From Bacillota bacterium (GTDB taxonomy: Bacteria > Bacillota > Dethiobacteria > DTU022), in assembly GCA_012799185.1 (NCBI GenBank), contig JAAZLS010000074.1:781-64780 (forward strand): DNA of 64,000 nucleotides, read 5' to 3'. Below are positions 1 to 10,551 of the stretch, one piece after another; the stretch's first letter is position 1, and every line of letters begins with the position of its first letter. Made by a program: the position numbers and the translations under genes. The notes beneath the pieces were generated by a model. The model did no database searches and had not been told where the DNA came from. It worked only from the letters and a program-made list of their open reading frames with translations.

Positions 1-1059
1 GACTTTATGACCCGGCTGGCTCTCTATTATGGCTATATGCTCAGTGAAGCCGCCTACGAAGACGGGGGCCTGGATAAGATGAAGCTCTTCCCCGTCGGTA
101 CCGGCCCCTATCAATACGACCAGGGCACCCCCGGTACCAAGACCGAGATCGTCAGGTTTGAAGACTATTGGGGTGAAGCTACCGGTAATATCGATCGCAT
201 CTGTGCAACGATCATTACCGATACCAACACCATGTATTCAGCCCTGGAAAGCGGCGAAATCGATTCTTTTGCCAGCTATGATAAGGATAAGACCAATGAA
301 TATGTGAACATGGGCTTTAACAATGATCCCCTGCCCATGAGATATTGTCTCTACCTGGGCATGAATATGCAGCTGGAACCCTTCGATGATCCCCTGGTCC
401 GCGAGGCACTCTTCTGTGCTATTGATCCGCAGGTCTTTATCGAAGACCTCTACTATAATACAGAAGAGCTATCGGGCAGTTATATCCCGGCAGAGGCAAA
501 GTACGCCTTAAAGGATTATCTAAAGCCGAACTACGATCCGGAAAGAACCAGGGCGCTGCTGGCGGAGGCCGGTTATCCCGATGGTATAGATATAACCCTT
601 TGGTCTGTTAACGACGCGATCAGCCCTCCCCCGGCTACCCTGGCCCATTCGCAACTGGAGGAGGCCGGTTTCAACTGTGAGCTGCAGTTAATAGAGGCCG
701 GTGTTTTCTTCGACATGTGTCGCGCCGGAGAGGCCCCCCTATGGCTGCTCTACAACGATACCCCACCGATCGCCGACCATACGATGACTAGGTATATGAG
801 CAATAACTACCCCGGTAACAACTGGTGCGGGTTCCAAGATGAAGAATATGACGCCCTTGTTGAAAAAGGAATCAAGGCCGAAACTGAAGAGGATAAAGCC
901 CATTATTTTGCCGAAGCACAAAAACGGATGATCTCTTTCAATACACTGTACCCGATTACTACTTACCATAATGACTACATCAGCAACAGCAAGCTCAGCG
1001 GCTATACAATCGGTCCCGATGCCTGTCCCCGCTACCACAATGCAACCTTAGCAGAGTAA
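1..1059 (+). CDS. ABC transporter substrate-binding protein, family 5 (peptide/nickel type); 5' end truncated by the window edge
   Basis: The ORF at 7..1059 translates with family-5 SBP character (large soluble protein, aromatic-rich, no TM). It sits directly upstream of a DppBCDF-like permease/ATPase set. It begins at the window edge with no upstream stop. Confidence 0.75.
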   Translation, partial: DFMTRLALYYGYMLSEAAYEDGGLDKMKLFPVGTGPYQYDQGTPGTKTEIVRFEDYWGEATGNIDRICATIITDTNTMYSALESGEIDSFASYDKDKTNEYVNMGFNNDPLPMRYCLYLGMNMQLEPFDDPLVREALFCAIDPQVFIEDLYYNTEELSGSYIPAEAKYALKDYLKPNYDPERTRALLAEAGYPDGIDITLWSVNDAISPPPATLAHSQLEEAGFNCELQLIEAGVFFDMCRAGEAPLWLLYNDTPPIADHTMTRYMSNNYPGNNWCGFQDEEYDALVEKGIKAETEEDKAHYFAEAQKRMISFNTLYPITTYHNDYISNSKLSGYTIGPDACPRYHNATLAE

Positions 1060-1071
1060 CCTCGCCTATTG

Positions 1072-1111
1072 CTCCACCGGGGAACGGGATTAACTCCGCT
1101 CCCCGGTGGAG
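1072..1111 (+). terminator. Hairpin (12-bp perfect stem CTCCACCGGGGA/TCCCCGGTGGAG) followed by a T-rich stretch just after the SBP stop; possible attenuating terminator
   Basis: The inverted repeat is read directly from the sequence: 1072-1083 pairs with 1100-1111. It is followed by TAATTTGGTTG. Confidence 0.35.
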
Positions 1112-1367
1112 TAATTTGGTTGCCGAAATGTCTCTTGACGTCTATCCAATCATCCATTATAGTGAAATTGAATGGTGGAAGTTTCTTTATAGTCTTATTT
1201 ATATTTTCCATACAGTTAATAACGTCATGTTATCCGGATAGTAGCCAGTTTCTACTTTTACAAAATCAGATTGGATGAACCTTTAGTGGTATTAGGGGAT
1301 ACTTTATCCTCCCATCATCTATTTCTCTTTTTAAAGACTGCCGGACTGTAGTTAAAGGAGAAATTCC

Positions 1368-2315
1368 ATGAAAAAATACATTTTATCGCGCGTATTGTTT
1401 GCCCTTCCGACTATCATCGGGGTATTTATCGTAGTATTTTTTGTTGTCCGTCTAATTCCCGGCGATCCGGCATCGGCAATGCTGGGGCCGAAAGCAACTA
1501 CCGCACAGATCGAACAGTACCGGGAACACCACGGCCTAAATGAGCCGGTCTATGTCCAATTTGGTGTGGCCTTTAAAAAATTTATCAAGGGCGATCTGGG
1601 ACAGTCTCTCTCCTGGTACCGTCCGGCCCGTGATGTAATTATGGAACGGCTGCCCCGGTCGGCGGAGCTGGCTTTCTTCGGAGTATTATTCGGGACCATT
1701 GCCGCCCTGATTTTTGGTGTAATTGCAGCCGTTTACCGGGGACGCTGGCCAGATCTTCTGCTGACCAGCTTTGCCACCCTGGGCATGTCTTTGCCTATGT
1801 TTTATATCGGATTGTGGATCCTGGTAATCTTTGCCATGAAACTCAAGATAATCCCGGTAATTAGTACTTTAGGCGGTGGTGTCAGCTATTGGCAATCCTT
1901 GCTAGGGCCGGTCCTGGCCCTAGCCCTAAGTGAGTCGGCTCTTCTTACCCGCACTACCCGTTCCTCCATGTTGGAGGTACTAAACGAGGATTATATCCGG
2001 ACAGCCCGCTCCAAGGGCCTGACCGAAAGGATTGTCCTATTCAAACACGCTCTTGGTAATGCCCTGATCCCCATAGTTACCGTGGTCGGCTACAGTCTGG
2101 CCACGGTTTTTGGCGGCGCTATCGTTTTGGAGACGGTGTTTGCTAGAAACGGTGTCGGCAAACTCCTGGTCGATGCGATTCATGTCCGGGATTATCCACT
2201 GGTTCAAGGAACTACTATCGTTATTGCCATTCTAATAGTATTAATTAACATCGTTACCGATATTGTTTACGGGGTAGTCGATCCCCGGATCCGGGTTACA
2301 GGTGAAGAAAGGTAA
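1368..2315 (+). CDS. ABC transporter permease (DppB/OppB-like)
   Basis: 315 aa with multiple TM segments and the ABC permease EAA-like region (SESALLTRTTRSSMLEVLNEDYIRTARSKGL). Preceded by RBS AAAGGAG. Confidence 0.85.
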   Translation: MKKYILSRVLFALPTIIGVFIVVFFVVRLIPGDPASAMLGPKATTAQIEQYREHHGLNEPVYVQFGVAFKKFIKGDLGQSLSWYRPARDVIMERLPRSAELAFFGVLFGTIAALIFGVIAAVYRGRWPDLLLTSFATLGMSLPMFYIGLWILVIFAMKLKIIPVISTLGGGVSYWQSLLGPVLALALSESALLTRTTRSSMLEVLNEDYIRTARSKGLTERIVLFKHALGNALIPIVTVVGYSLATVFGGAIVLETVFARNGVGKLLVDAIHVRDYPLVQGTTIVIAILIVLINIVTDIVYGVVDPRIRVTGEER

Positions 2316-2332
2316 GCTGCAGTTCTACTATT

Positions 2333-3367
2333 TTGATGAACCAAAAGATGGGAGTACAGGCCTTGTTGACTAAAAATACAGACAATCCGTTGGTTCGCTT
2401 AGAAAATTTAAGCAAGGTATTCTCTGTCCATAGCAGCAGGGGACTGGGCACCACGGATATTACTGCTGTTAAAAATGTAAGCTTTGATATTAAAAAGGGG
2501 GAAACCTTCGGCCTGGTCGGGGAATCCGGCTGCGGCAAGAGCACCCTATCCAAAATAGCCCTGCGCCTGCTCAATGCTACCAGCGGTACCGCCTATTATG
2601 AAGGAAAAGATCTCTATAAAATGAAATATAGGGAGCTAGTTAATATCCGCCGCCAGATGCAGGTCATTTTTCAGGATCCCTATGACTCCCTAAATCCCCG
2701 GCTATCTGTTGAAGAGTTGGTAGCCGAACCGCTCATCGTGCATCGGTACGGAAACCGGGCCCGGCGAAGGGAAAGAATCGAGGAGCTTTTTCACCAGGTG
2801 GGGCTGCCGCCCCAATTGATGACGCGCTATCCCCACCAGTTATCGGGGGGCCAGCGGCAGCGGGTCTGTATCGCCCGTAGCCTGACAGTCTCACCAAGTT
2901 TTATCGTCTGCGATGAGGCAGTTTCAGCCCTGGATGTCTCTATCCAGGCGCAGATCTTAAACCTGCTTCTAGATTTAAAGAGAAGATTTAAATTGACCTA
3001 CCTTTTTATCTCCCACGATCTTTCTGTTGTAAAATTTGTTTCTGATCGCATTGGGGTTATGTATTTCGGGAGATTAGTAGAGCTGGCCGATACGGAGACC
3101 CTGTTTAGCCGCGTCCTTCACCCCTATACTCACGCCCTGCTCTCTGCTGTCCCGGATCCGGATCCGGATACACAGAAACGACGGGTTTTACTGGGGGGAA
3201 GTGTACCCAGCCTTTTTAATCCGCCCTCCGGATGTGTTTTTCACAATCGCTGTCCTTTTACGGAACCGATCTGCTCTGAGGAAGAACCGCCGTTTATTGA
3301 TATGGGGAATAGTCATTTTGCTGCTTGCCATTTTGCCGGTAAGCTTAACCTTAAAATTGATTTTTAG
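2333..3367 (+). CDS. ABC transporter ATP-binding protein (OppF/DppF-like) with C-terminal oligopeptide-transporter extension
   Basis: Walker [10 protein letters not shown], signature LSGGQRQR and Walker B FIVCDEAVSALD are present. The exact start is uncertain; a TTG near 2363 preceded by GGGAG is an alternative. Confidence 0.85.
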   Translation: MMNQKMGVQALLTKNTDNPLVRLENLSKVFSVHSSRGLGTTDITAVKNVSFDIKKGETFGLVGESGCGKSTLSKIALRLLNATSGTAYYEGKDLYKMKYRELVNIRRQMQVIFQDPYDSLNPRLSVEELVAEPLIVHRYGNRARRRERIEELFHQVGLPPQLMTRYPHQLSGGQRQRVCIARSLTVSPSFIVCDEAVSALDVSIQAQILNLLLDLKRRFKLTYLFISHDLSVVKFVSDRIGVMYFGRLVELADTETLFSRVLHPYTHALLSAVPDPDPDTQKRRVLLGGSVPSLFNPPSGCVFHNRCPFTEPICSEEEPPFIDMGNSHFAACHFAGKLNLKIDF

Positions 3368-3408
3368 ACACGACCGGAAACAAAAAGCATGGGAAAGGTA
3401 GCGCTACA

Positions 3409-4236
3409 ATGAAAAGCATGTTGAGCAACAAGTTCATTGTGATCGGCGGAACAATTATTGTACTAATGCTCCTGATAGCTATTTTTGCCCCCCTACTCAC
3501 CCCTTATGAGTATGGGACTGTCAATTTACCCAACAAACACCAGCCGCCAAGCAGTGAACATGTCATGGGTACGGATCTTTACGGTCGTGATGTCTGGTGC
3601 CGTATTGTATACGGGGCCCGCATCTCTTTATATGTGTCCTTCTCAGCAGTAGCAATAGCGATTATCTTTGGCAGTTTCTTTGGAATTATTGCCGGCTATC
3701 TTAAGGGTGTGGTCGATATTGTTTTCTCCCGGGTAATCGATATTATGATGGCCTTCCCCCCCCTTTTACTATCTTTAATCTTGGGGGCATGCCTGGGAAC
3801 ATCCCTTCAAAATATGACGATCTATATCGGGGTCCCCCTTATTCCCATGTTCTTCCGTGTTTCCCGGGGTGTAACCCTGAATATAGGTGAACGAACCTAT
3901 ATCATGGCTGCCAAATCGATTGGTAGTAGCCGTTTAAGAATCATGATGAAACATATTTTACCCAATGTATTACCCCAGATCTTTGTCGTGCTCTCCCTGG
4001 GGATGGGTGGCGCTATCCTGGCTGAGGCGGCATTGGGTTTCCTCGGCTTAGGAGTCCCCCAGCCCACGCCCTCCTGGGGATTGATCGTTAATGAGGGCAA
4101 ATTATATATGTTTTCCGCTCCCTGGACGACCGGCTTTAGCGGGGCATTTATCGCTTTAACCGTCCTGGGTTTTAACCTGTTGGGAGATGGCCTTAGAGAT
4201 TTCCTGGATCCCAAGCTTAAACACCTAGAAAGCTGA
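3409..4236 (+). CDS. ABC transporter permease (DppC/OppC-like)
   Basis: 275 aa, polytopic, with N-terminal OppC-type extension; sits in an operon with the adjacent ATPases. Confidence 0.85.
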   Translation: MKSMLSNKFIVIGGTIIVLMLLIAIFAPLLTPYEYGTVNLPNKHQPPSSEHVMGTDLYGRDVWCRIVYGARISLYVSFSAVAIAIIFGSFFGIIAGYLKGVVDIVFSRVIDIMMAFPPLLLSLILGACLGTSLQNMTIYIGVPLIPMFFRVSRGVTLNIGERTYIMAAKSIGSSRLRIMMKHILPNVLPQIFVVLSLGMGGAILAEAALGFLGLGVPQPTPSWGLIVNEGKLYMFSAPWTTGFSGAFIALTVLGFNLLGDGLRDFLDPKLKHLES

Positions 4237-4287
4237 CCGGGTAAGACACTAGTAGTTAATATGACCACCATATTAGAGGAGGTCTAG

Positions 4288-5355
4288 ATGAAGAGCCAAA
4301 AGGATTGCAATCAAGACTATAACGGCCGCCCCATGACCGAACATAAGTTGGCGGCAGCGGGGAAGAGGGCCCCACTCCTAGAGATCCGGGATCTAAGAAT
4401 AAGATTTCCCATAAGAGGCGGCGCTTCCGTGCACGCAGTAAATGGTATAGATTTGGACCTTTATCCGGGGGAATCCCTAGGCGTGGTCGGTGAATCCGGT
4501 TGTGGGAAAAGTGTTACCTTCTCCAGCGTAATGCGATTGGTCGCCTCCCCTCCGGCGATAATAGAAGGAGACATCTTTTTCGAAGGCCGAAATATCATGG
4601 AAATGACAACGAGAGAGATGCGTAAAATTCGGGGGAAGAAGATCACCATGATTTTCCAGGAGCCGATGACCAGCCTAAATCCAGTGATGAAAATCGGCTA
4701 TCAGATCATGGAGACCCTGCTCTTACATGAAAAGATTAGTAAAAAGGCGGCGGCGGAACGAGCGCTGGAACTTTTTAAGCTAGTCGAGATTCCAGATGCG
4801 GAGGGTCGTCTCTGGTGTTACCCCCACCAGCTCTCCGGCGGATTGCGTCAAAGGGTAATGATTGCCATGGCCCTGGCCTGTAGCCCGAAAATCCTCCTGG
4901 CGGACGAGCCTACTACGGCCCTGGATGTAACCATCCAGGCCCAGGTCCTTGATCTTCTTAAAAGGTTACAGCGAGAAACTAGCATGAGTATTGTCATGAT
5001 TACCCATGACCTGGGCGTGATCGCCGAGCTTTCAAAAAGGGTGGCCGTCTTTTATGCTGGCCGGGTACTGGAGGAGGCTCTCACCCCGGAGATATTTAGA
5101 AATCCCCTGCACCCGTATACGGTCGGACTCTTAAGTTGTATTCCAAAAATTAGAACGGAGCAGGAGCGGCTCTATGTAATTGAGGGCAACATCCCCGACC
5201 CCACCAACCTTCCGACCGGTTGCCCTTTTCACCCCCGCTGTAAAATTGCCACAGAAAAATGCCGCCGGGAAGAACCACTCAAGCGCAGGTATTCGGAAAA
5301 CCATTATGTTGCCTGTCATTATCCGGGTAAAATTACAGGGAAAATTACCGTTTAA
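4288..5355 (+). CDS. ABC transporter ATP-binding protein (DppD/OppD-like)
   Basis: Walker A GESGCGKS, signature LSGGLRQR and Walker [22 protein letters not shown] upstream. Confidence 0.85.
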   Translation: MKSQKDCNQDYNGRPMTEHKLAAAGKRAPLLEIRDLRIRFPIRGGASVHAVNGIDLDLYPGESLGVVGESGCGKSVTFSSVMRLVASPPAIIEGDIFFEGRNIMEMTTREMRKIRGKKITMIFQEPMTSLNPVMKIGYQIMETLLLHEKISKKAAAERALELFKLVEIPDAEGRLWCYPHQLSGGLRQRVMIAMALACSPKILLADEPTTALDVTIQAQVLDLLKRLQRETSMSIVMITHDLGVIAELSKRVAVFYAGRVLEEALTPEIFRNPLHPYTVGLLSCIPKIRTEQERLYVIEGNIPDPTNLPTGCPFHPRCKIATEKCRREEPLKRRYSENHYVACHYPGKITGKITV

Positions 5356-5377
5356 CTATCAATATGAGGTGATTTTA

Positions 5378-7360
5378 GTGACAAATTTCCCTACGTTATT
5401 CACCCCCTTGGTATTAGGTCCTTTAACATTAAAAAACAGAATGTTATCCGCCCCCATGGGTACTCATAATAATACGGCGGAGGGTTATTTAAGTAGCGAA
5501 GGCATTGCCTTTTATGAACGGTTGGCCAAGGGCGGGGTGGCAGTAGTCTGCCTGGGAGAAACACTGGTCCACAGTGCTACCGGGAACAACCACGGCCGGG
5601 TTTTCCGTCTGGATGATCCGGGCAGCCTGCCGAGTTTAATTAAATGTACCGATGCGATCCATCGCTACAATGCCCTCGCCTCCATTGAGCTCCTTCACCC
5701 CGGCCGCCGGGCCGACCCGCTCTACAATGCCGAGGGTAAGGTTTATGGCCCCAGTGCCGGTAGCTGTCATTACGGCGATGGCTCCCATGAGGTAACTGAG
5801 CTGACAGAAGAGCTGATCGATGTAATTGTTAATGCCTTTGGTGACGCCGCCGAGATGGCTCAGATCGGAGGATGCGATTTCGTTACTGTCCATGGCGGCC
5901 ATGGCTGGCTGTTGGGACAGTTTCTTGCACCTAACAATAACTGGCGTACCGATCGCTTCGGTGGCAGCATTGAAAATCGGGCCCGCATTTTCGTCATGGT
6001 GGCAGAAAATATTCGCAAGAAATGTGGCCCCGACTTCCCGATCGATTTCAGAATTAGCGGAGATGATTTTACAGAAGGGGGAGCAACACTGGAAGATGCA
6101 ATCCAGTTGGCCAAGATCCTGGAAGATAAGATAGATATGCTCCACGTTTCTGCCACCAGTTTCCATAATCGCCGGGCGAGCATGCGCATGTTTCCCAGCA
6201 TGTTTTATCCCCGGGGTGTCAATGCCTACCTGGCGGAAGAGATTAAAAAACATGTTAATATTCCCGTGGTTACAGTCGGTGCCTTTAATGATCCTACCCA
6301 TATGGAACAGCTGCTAAGCGAAAAGAAAGTTGATGCTATCGCCATGGGGCGTGCCCTCCTGGCCGATCCCCTATTGCCGGAAAAGGCCCGAACCGGCCGG
6401 GAGGACGACATCATGTACTGCACCCGGTGCAATACATGCATCAGTGTTGGTTTTGTCCCCTATGTTAAATATAACCTGGGAGTCAGCCACTGTGCAGTTA
6501 ATCCTTGGCATGGGTTAGAGGAAAAACAGTTCTATGGCAAGGTCCCCCGCGGCAACCAAAAGGTACTGGTAGCCGGGGGAGGCCCGGCGGGGATGGAGGC
6601 GGCCCTAGGAGCCGCCGAGGGCGGCCACCGGGTTATCCTCTGTGAAAAAGAAGATAGTTTGGGCGGAGCCCTCCGTTATGCCTGGCATCCGGAATTTAAA
6701 AAAGATATCAAGCGCTTCGTAGAGGTGCTGGGCCGACGGATTGAACGCTCCGAGCGGATCGATGTCCGGTTAAATACCGCCGTTACCCCGGAACTGGTAA
6801 GGGAGATTGCCCCCGATGCCTTAATTGTCGCTATCGGTGCCAAGCCGATTGAGTTAAATATTCCCGGGGTCGATGATCCGCGGGTAATTAGAAGCATCGA
6901 TATCCACCGGGAAGATTTCCAAATCGGGGATAAGGTAGTAATCATTGGCGGGGGCATGGTCGGCTGCGAGGAGGGAATCGACCTTGCCAAATCTCACGGC
7001 AAAGAGGTAACTATTCTTGAAATGCAGGAACGGCTGGCCGGTGATGCGCCCTATGTCCATTACATCGCAATCTTAAATGAGATTGAACAGCTGGACAATC
7101 TAAAGGTTGAATTAAACCACACCTGTACCGCCATCAGCAATAAAGGCGTAATCTGTAAAGATCGGGAGGACCGGGAGAAGGTTTTCCCCGCCGATACGAT
7201 CATCATGGCGGTAGGGATGCGGGGATTAAGGGATGAAGCGGAATCGTTTCGGGGGTTAGCACCAACTGTTATCCCGGTCGGTGACTGTGTCAAACCATCC
7301 CAGATGGCCCCGGCCATTTTATCCGGTTACTTTGCAGGCTATAACCTCCAACGGTTCTAG
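5378..7360 (+). CDS. Old-Yellow-Enzyme-like NADH:flavin oxidoreductase fused to an Fe-S and FAD/NAD(P)-binding domain (enoate reductase / 2,4-dienoyl-CoA reductase family)
   Basis: The N-terminal TIM-barrel OYE region (PLTLKNRMLSAPM...HGGHGWLLGQFL), the Cys cluster CTRCNTCIS and a C-terminal GGGPAG dinucleotide-binding fold are all present. The GTG start at 5378 is preceded by GAGGTG; the longer ORF that begins at 5180 overlaps the upstream gene. Confidence 0.8.
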   Translation: MTNFPTLFTPLVLGPLTLKNRMLSAPMGTHNNTAEGYLSSEGIAFYERLAKGGVAVVCLGETLVHSATGNNHGRVFRLDDPGSLPSLIKCTDAIHRYNALASIELLHPGRRADPLYNAEGKVYGPSAGSCHYGDGSHEVTELTEELIDVIVNAFGDAAEMAQIGGCDFVTVHGGHGWLLGQFLAPNNNWRTDRFGGSIENRARIFVMVAENIRKKCGPDFPIDFRISGDDFTEGGATLEDAIQLAKILEDKIDMLHVSATSFHNRRASMRMFPSMFYPRGVNAYLAEEIKKHVNIPVVTVGAFNDPTHMEQLLSEKKVDAIAMGRALLADPLLPEKARTGREDDIMYCTRCNTCISVGFVPYVKYNLGVSHCAVNPWHGLEEKQFYGKVPRGNQKVLVAGGGPAGMEAALGAAEGGHRVILCEKEDSLGGALRYAWHPEFKKDIKRFVEVLGRRIERSERIDVRLNTAVTPELVREIAPDALIVAIGAKPIELNIPGVDDPRVIRSIDIHREDFQIGDKVVIIGGGMVGCEEGIDLAKSHGKEVTILEMQERLAGDAPYVHYIAILNEIEQLDNLKVELNHTCTAISNKGVICKDREDREKVFPADTIIMAVGMRGLRDEAESFRGLAPTVIPVGDCVKPSQMAPAILSGYFAGYNLQRF

Positions 7361-7382
7361 TTAATCGGTTAGGAAATGAAAG

Positions 7383-7434
7383 GGCATGCCCGGCATCTAT
7401 AACCCCTCACGCCGTCGGGACATGCCTTTTTTCC
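7383..7434 (+). terminator. Rho-independent terminator (imperfect GC-rich hairpin followed by T6)
   Basis: GGCATGCCCGGC ... GCCGTCGGGACATGCC followed by TTTTTT, immediately after the oxidoreductase stop. Confidence 0.45.
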
Positions 7435-7459
7435 AAAATTTTAGGGGAGGGGCTGTAAA

Positions 7460-9130
7460 ATGCAAGCTGAAAAGGCCGATCTGGTAATTTTAAATGGCAA
7501 GGTGGTAACCGTAGACAGGGATTTTAGCTTTCAAGAAGCCCTAGCTGTAAAGAATGGATGGATTATTAATGTTGGCCACAACCATAAAATAAAAGAACAT
7601 ATCGGTAAGGGTAGCCGGGTGATCGATCTCCAAGGAAAAATTATTTTACCCGGAACCCATGACGGCCATATTCATGCCACCCATATGGGCTTCTTTCTAG
7701 ACCCAAAGGCAATCAACCTTAATTACCCGGCGGTTAAATCGATCGGAGATATCAACAAAAAACTAAGAGAAGCCACTAAGAGGATGAAACCCGGTGAATG
7801 GATCGTTGGCCTCGGCTGGGACAGCACCCGCCTTGCCGAATGCGCTAATGAACACTTTAGAACCCCCAACCGATGGGATTTTGATGCAGTCACGCCGGAT
7901 CACCCGATTGCTCTCTTTGACTACAGTGCCCACGCCGTGGTAGTCAATAGCAAGGCCCTGGAGATCGCCGGGATTACAAGGGAGACAGCGGATCTGAAAC
8001 CGGAGTACGGCTATTTTGATCGGGACCCTCGGACCGGGGAGCCGAATGGCCATTTCTGTGAATGGGGCGCCATGCGGTTCATCGGCCGCCATATGCCCCG
8101 GCTTAGCGATGAAGAGATAGAAAAATGTATTAAACGTATTCAAAAACATTTAAATGAAAACGGGGTCACCAGCCATGCCGATATTCTGGGGATAGGCGGC
8201 GATCACCTGTTTTTCGGAACCTGGGGCCGCCGGGTAATTGAAATATATGAAAAGATGTTCCGGGAGGGCAAGCTGACCGCCCGGGTCAGCATCAATATCA
8301 TGGCCGGCCTGGAAGGGGTACAAGGTTACGATGCCATCGTAGGGGGGTTAAAACAGACCAGCCTGCCGGATTTTAGGGATAGGAACTGGGTTAAGGCAGA
8401 TATTATAAAAATTTTTGGTGACGGGGCCCCTGTACCGGAGGGAGGCTACGGTTCATTTTACGGTGCGACCCGGGAGGAGCAACGGGAAGGGCTAATTAAC
8501 AGTATTATAGAGGCCCACCGGCGGGGCTGGCAGGTAGCCGTCCATGCCACCATGGAGATGGCGCTCGATGCCGCCATAGAGGCCTTTATTAAAGCCCAGC
8601 AGATGTACCCCCGGGAGTCCCCCCGCCATTTCATAATCCACGGGGACTGGTTTACCAGGGAAAAAGCAGCGGAAGCCTTCAAATATAAAATTGGTCTCGC
8701 GGCCCAACCCAACGTTGGATTTCACCTCATGGATATCCTGGTAAAACTTTTTGGTCGGAATAGAGCCTCCCGGCTCTTCGCCCACCGGGACCTCATGGAG
8801 GCCGGTATAAACGTGGCCGGAGGCTCCGATGCCCTATGCATCAAGCCCAACTGGCGCTTAGGCGCCCAGTTTGCAGTAACCAGAAAAACCGTTCACGATA
8901 ACGTATATGCACCGGAGCTGGCCGGCAATATTGAAGATGCTATTAGGATGTACACAATCAACGGCGCCTACCAGGAACATATGGAAAATATACGGGGCTC
9001 AATTGAGGTAAACAAGGTTGCCGATTTCCAGGTTTTGGGCGACGATATCTTTAACATTGAGAAAGAAAAAATTTCCGAAATACCGGTAGTAATGACCATC
9101 TGTGATGGCCAGGTGGTATACGAAGCCTAG
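7460..9130 (+). CDS. Amidohydrolase-3 family metal-dependent hydrolase
   Basis: 556 aa with an N-terminal HDGHIHATH (HxH) metal-binding motif and an Amidohydro_3-like length and composition. RBS GGGGAGGGG upstream. Confidence 0.75.
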   Translation: MQAEKADLVILNGKVVTVDRDFSFQEALAVKNGWIINVGHNHKIKEHIGKGSRVIDLQGKIILPGTHDGHIHATHMGFFLDPKAINLNYPAVKSIGDINKKLREATKRMKPGEWIVGLGWDSTRLAECANEHFRTPNRWDFDAVTPDHPIALFDYSAHAVVVNSKALEIAGITRETADLKPEYGYFDRDPRTGEPNGHFCEWGAMRFIGRHMPRLSDEEIEKCIKRIQKHLNENGVTSHADILGIGGDHLFFGTWGRRVIEIYEKMFREGKLTARVSINIMAGLEGVQGYDAIVGGLKQTSLPDFRDRNWVKADIIKIFGDGAPVPEGGYGSFYGATREEQREGLINSIIEAHRRGWQVAVHATMEMALDAAIEAFIKAQQMYPRESPRHFIIHGDWFTREKAAEAFKYKIGLAAQPNVGFHLMDILVKLFGRNRASRLFAHRDLMEAGINVAGGSDALCIKPNWRLGAQFAVTRKTVHDNVYAPELAGNIEDAIRMYTINGAYQEHMENIRGSIEVNKVADFQVLGDDIFNIEKEKISEIPVVMTICDGQVVYEA

Positions 9131-9209
9131 CTGTCTACCAAAACATGACTAACCCGCCGGATCCGCTGGGTGGTACCGGCCGGCAGTAGTTGTAACTGGA
9201 GGCAAAAGC

Positions 9210-10430
9210 TTGGATGAACTACAGATAAATCAAAGACGCCTGGGATTCAAGGGCCTGGTCTTTTTTTTGATCCTAAATAACATGTTTATTCCCTTATCTA
9301 TCGACATGTATTTACCGGCCCTCCCTGCCATGAGCAACTATTTTGGCACCAGCCCGGCGGTAACCAACCTAACCCTAACCGCCTTTTTCTTTTTTTATGG
9401 CTGCGGACTGTTAATCTGGGGACCCTTAAGCGATAAATACGGCCGCCGGCGTTGTCTGATCCTAGGAGCCGCTGCCTATCTTCTAGCGGGAATCGGTTGC
9501 GCTCTGGCTAATAATATTAATCACCTTATATTCTGCCGTATTCTACAGGGCCTGGCCGCCGGGGCAATTGTTACCGTCTCCTTGGCTATTGTTAAAGAAT
9601 CCTTTGATGGCCGCCTTCGGGAGACAATCCTGGTAATAATTTCCACCCTCTCTGCAACCGCCCCGGTGATAGCCCCCCTAATCGGCGCCGTTATTCTCTG
9701 GTTTGCTGATTTTAAGCTGGTCTTCTGGATCCTATCGGGTTTCGGCATGGCTAGTCTTCTCCTGGCCCTGTTGTTTCAGGAGACCCTGGCGTCAGAAAAA
9801 CGCTATTCGGGTTCCCTTTTCAAAACAATGAGCCAGATTTTCCTAGTACTAAAAAACAGGTCCTTCCTCTGGCCGGCCCTGATTTTTTCTTTAAACAACC
9901 TACCCATAATGGGTTACATAGCTATCGCTTCTTATGTTTACGAGGTTCATTTCGGCCTAAGTGAACAGATGTTTAGTGTCTACTTTGCTGCGAACTCCTG
10001 TGCCTTTGTACTGGGGCCAATTCTATACTACCGGTTCTTTCGTGCCACGAATAAGGCCGATCTCATCAGAGGATGTTTTTTACTTAACATTCTATTTGGT
10101 ATTGCGATCATCTTCTTCGGCTCCTCCACCCCCTGGGCATTTTGGCTATCCTTTATACCTTACGCCCTGATCAATGCCGGCATCCGCCCCATGGCCACAA
10201 ACCTGATGCTGGAACAACAACAGGATAGTACCGGCACTACTGCCTCTTTAATCTATTTTTCGAATACTGTTTTGGGTTCGCTAGGGACTTTGATTGCCTC
10301 TATCGCCTGGGGGAATATAATACTAAGCTTCGGCGTTATTTTAACAATATTTTCTCTGCTGCCCTTAGGGGGCTGGTTGCTCTTTTTACGCTCACCGGTT
10401 CCCTGTATTGGCATAAAAGAAGAAGGCTAA
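9210..10430 (+). CDS. MFS transporter (Bcr/CflA-like drug:H+ antiporter family)
   Basis: 406 aa with 12 predicted TM segments and the MFS motif GPLSDKYGRRRCL. Confidence 0.8.
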   Translation: MDELQINQRRLGFKGLVFFLILNNMFIPLSIDMYLPALPAMSNYFGTSPAVTNLTLTAFFFFYGCGLLIWGPLSDKYGRRRCLILGAAAYLLAGIGCALANNINHLIFCRILQGLAAGAIVTVSLAIVKESFDGRLRETILVIISTLSATAPVIAPLIGAVILWFADFKLVFWILSGFGMASLLLALLFQETLASEKRYSGSLFKTMSQIFLVLKNRSFLWPALIFSLNNLPIMGYIAIASYVYEVHFGLSEQMFSVYFAANSCAFVLGPILYYRFFRATNKADLIRGCFLLNILFGIAIIFFGSSTPWAFWLSFIPYALINAGIRPMATNLMLEQQQDSTGTTASLIYFSNTVLGSLGTLIASIAWGNIILSFGVILTIFSLLPLGGWLLFLRSPVPCIGIKEEG

Positions 10431-10475
10431 GCCTGCGGGGTGGAAATTGATCTTCAATAGTAAGAAGGGGTAACA

Positions 10476-10551
10476 TGGTGGACGTGAGGGGATTCGAACC
10501 CCTGGCCTCCTGGATGCGAACCAGGCACTCTCCCAGCTGAGCTACACGCCC
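10476..10551 (-). tRNA. tRNA-Ala (anticodon CGC)
   Basis: The reverse complement folds as a 76-nt cloverleaf: acceptor GGGCGTG/CACGTCC with the G3:U70 Ala identity pair, anticodon loop TTCGCAT, T-loop GGTTCGAATCC, and an encoded CCA. Confidence 0.9.

Noticed and set aside
739-1038. Numerous antisense/overlapping ORFs of 60-130 aa (e.g. 739-1038, 3897-4271, 5636-6301, 32011-32502, 37650-38000, 54951-55343, 57089-57601)
   Set aside because: They lie entirely inside well-supported genes on the opposite strand or in other frames. They have low-complexity or Arg/Pro-rich translations typical of GC-rich antisense frames. None has a credible RBS or motif.
5180-5377. Long ORF start at 5180 for the oxidoreductase, overlapping the DppD-like gene by about 180 nt
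   Set aside because: The upstream extension has no homology character and overlaps a well-supported ATPase gene. The GTG at 5378 with a GAGGTG RBS gives a canonical OYE N-terminus.
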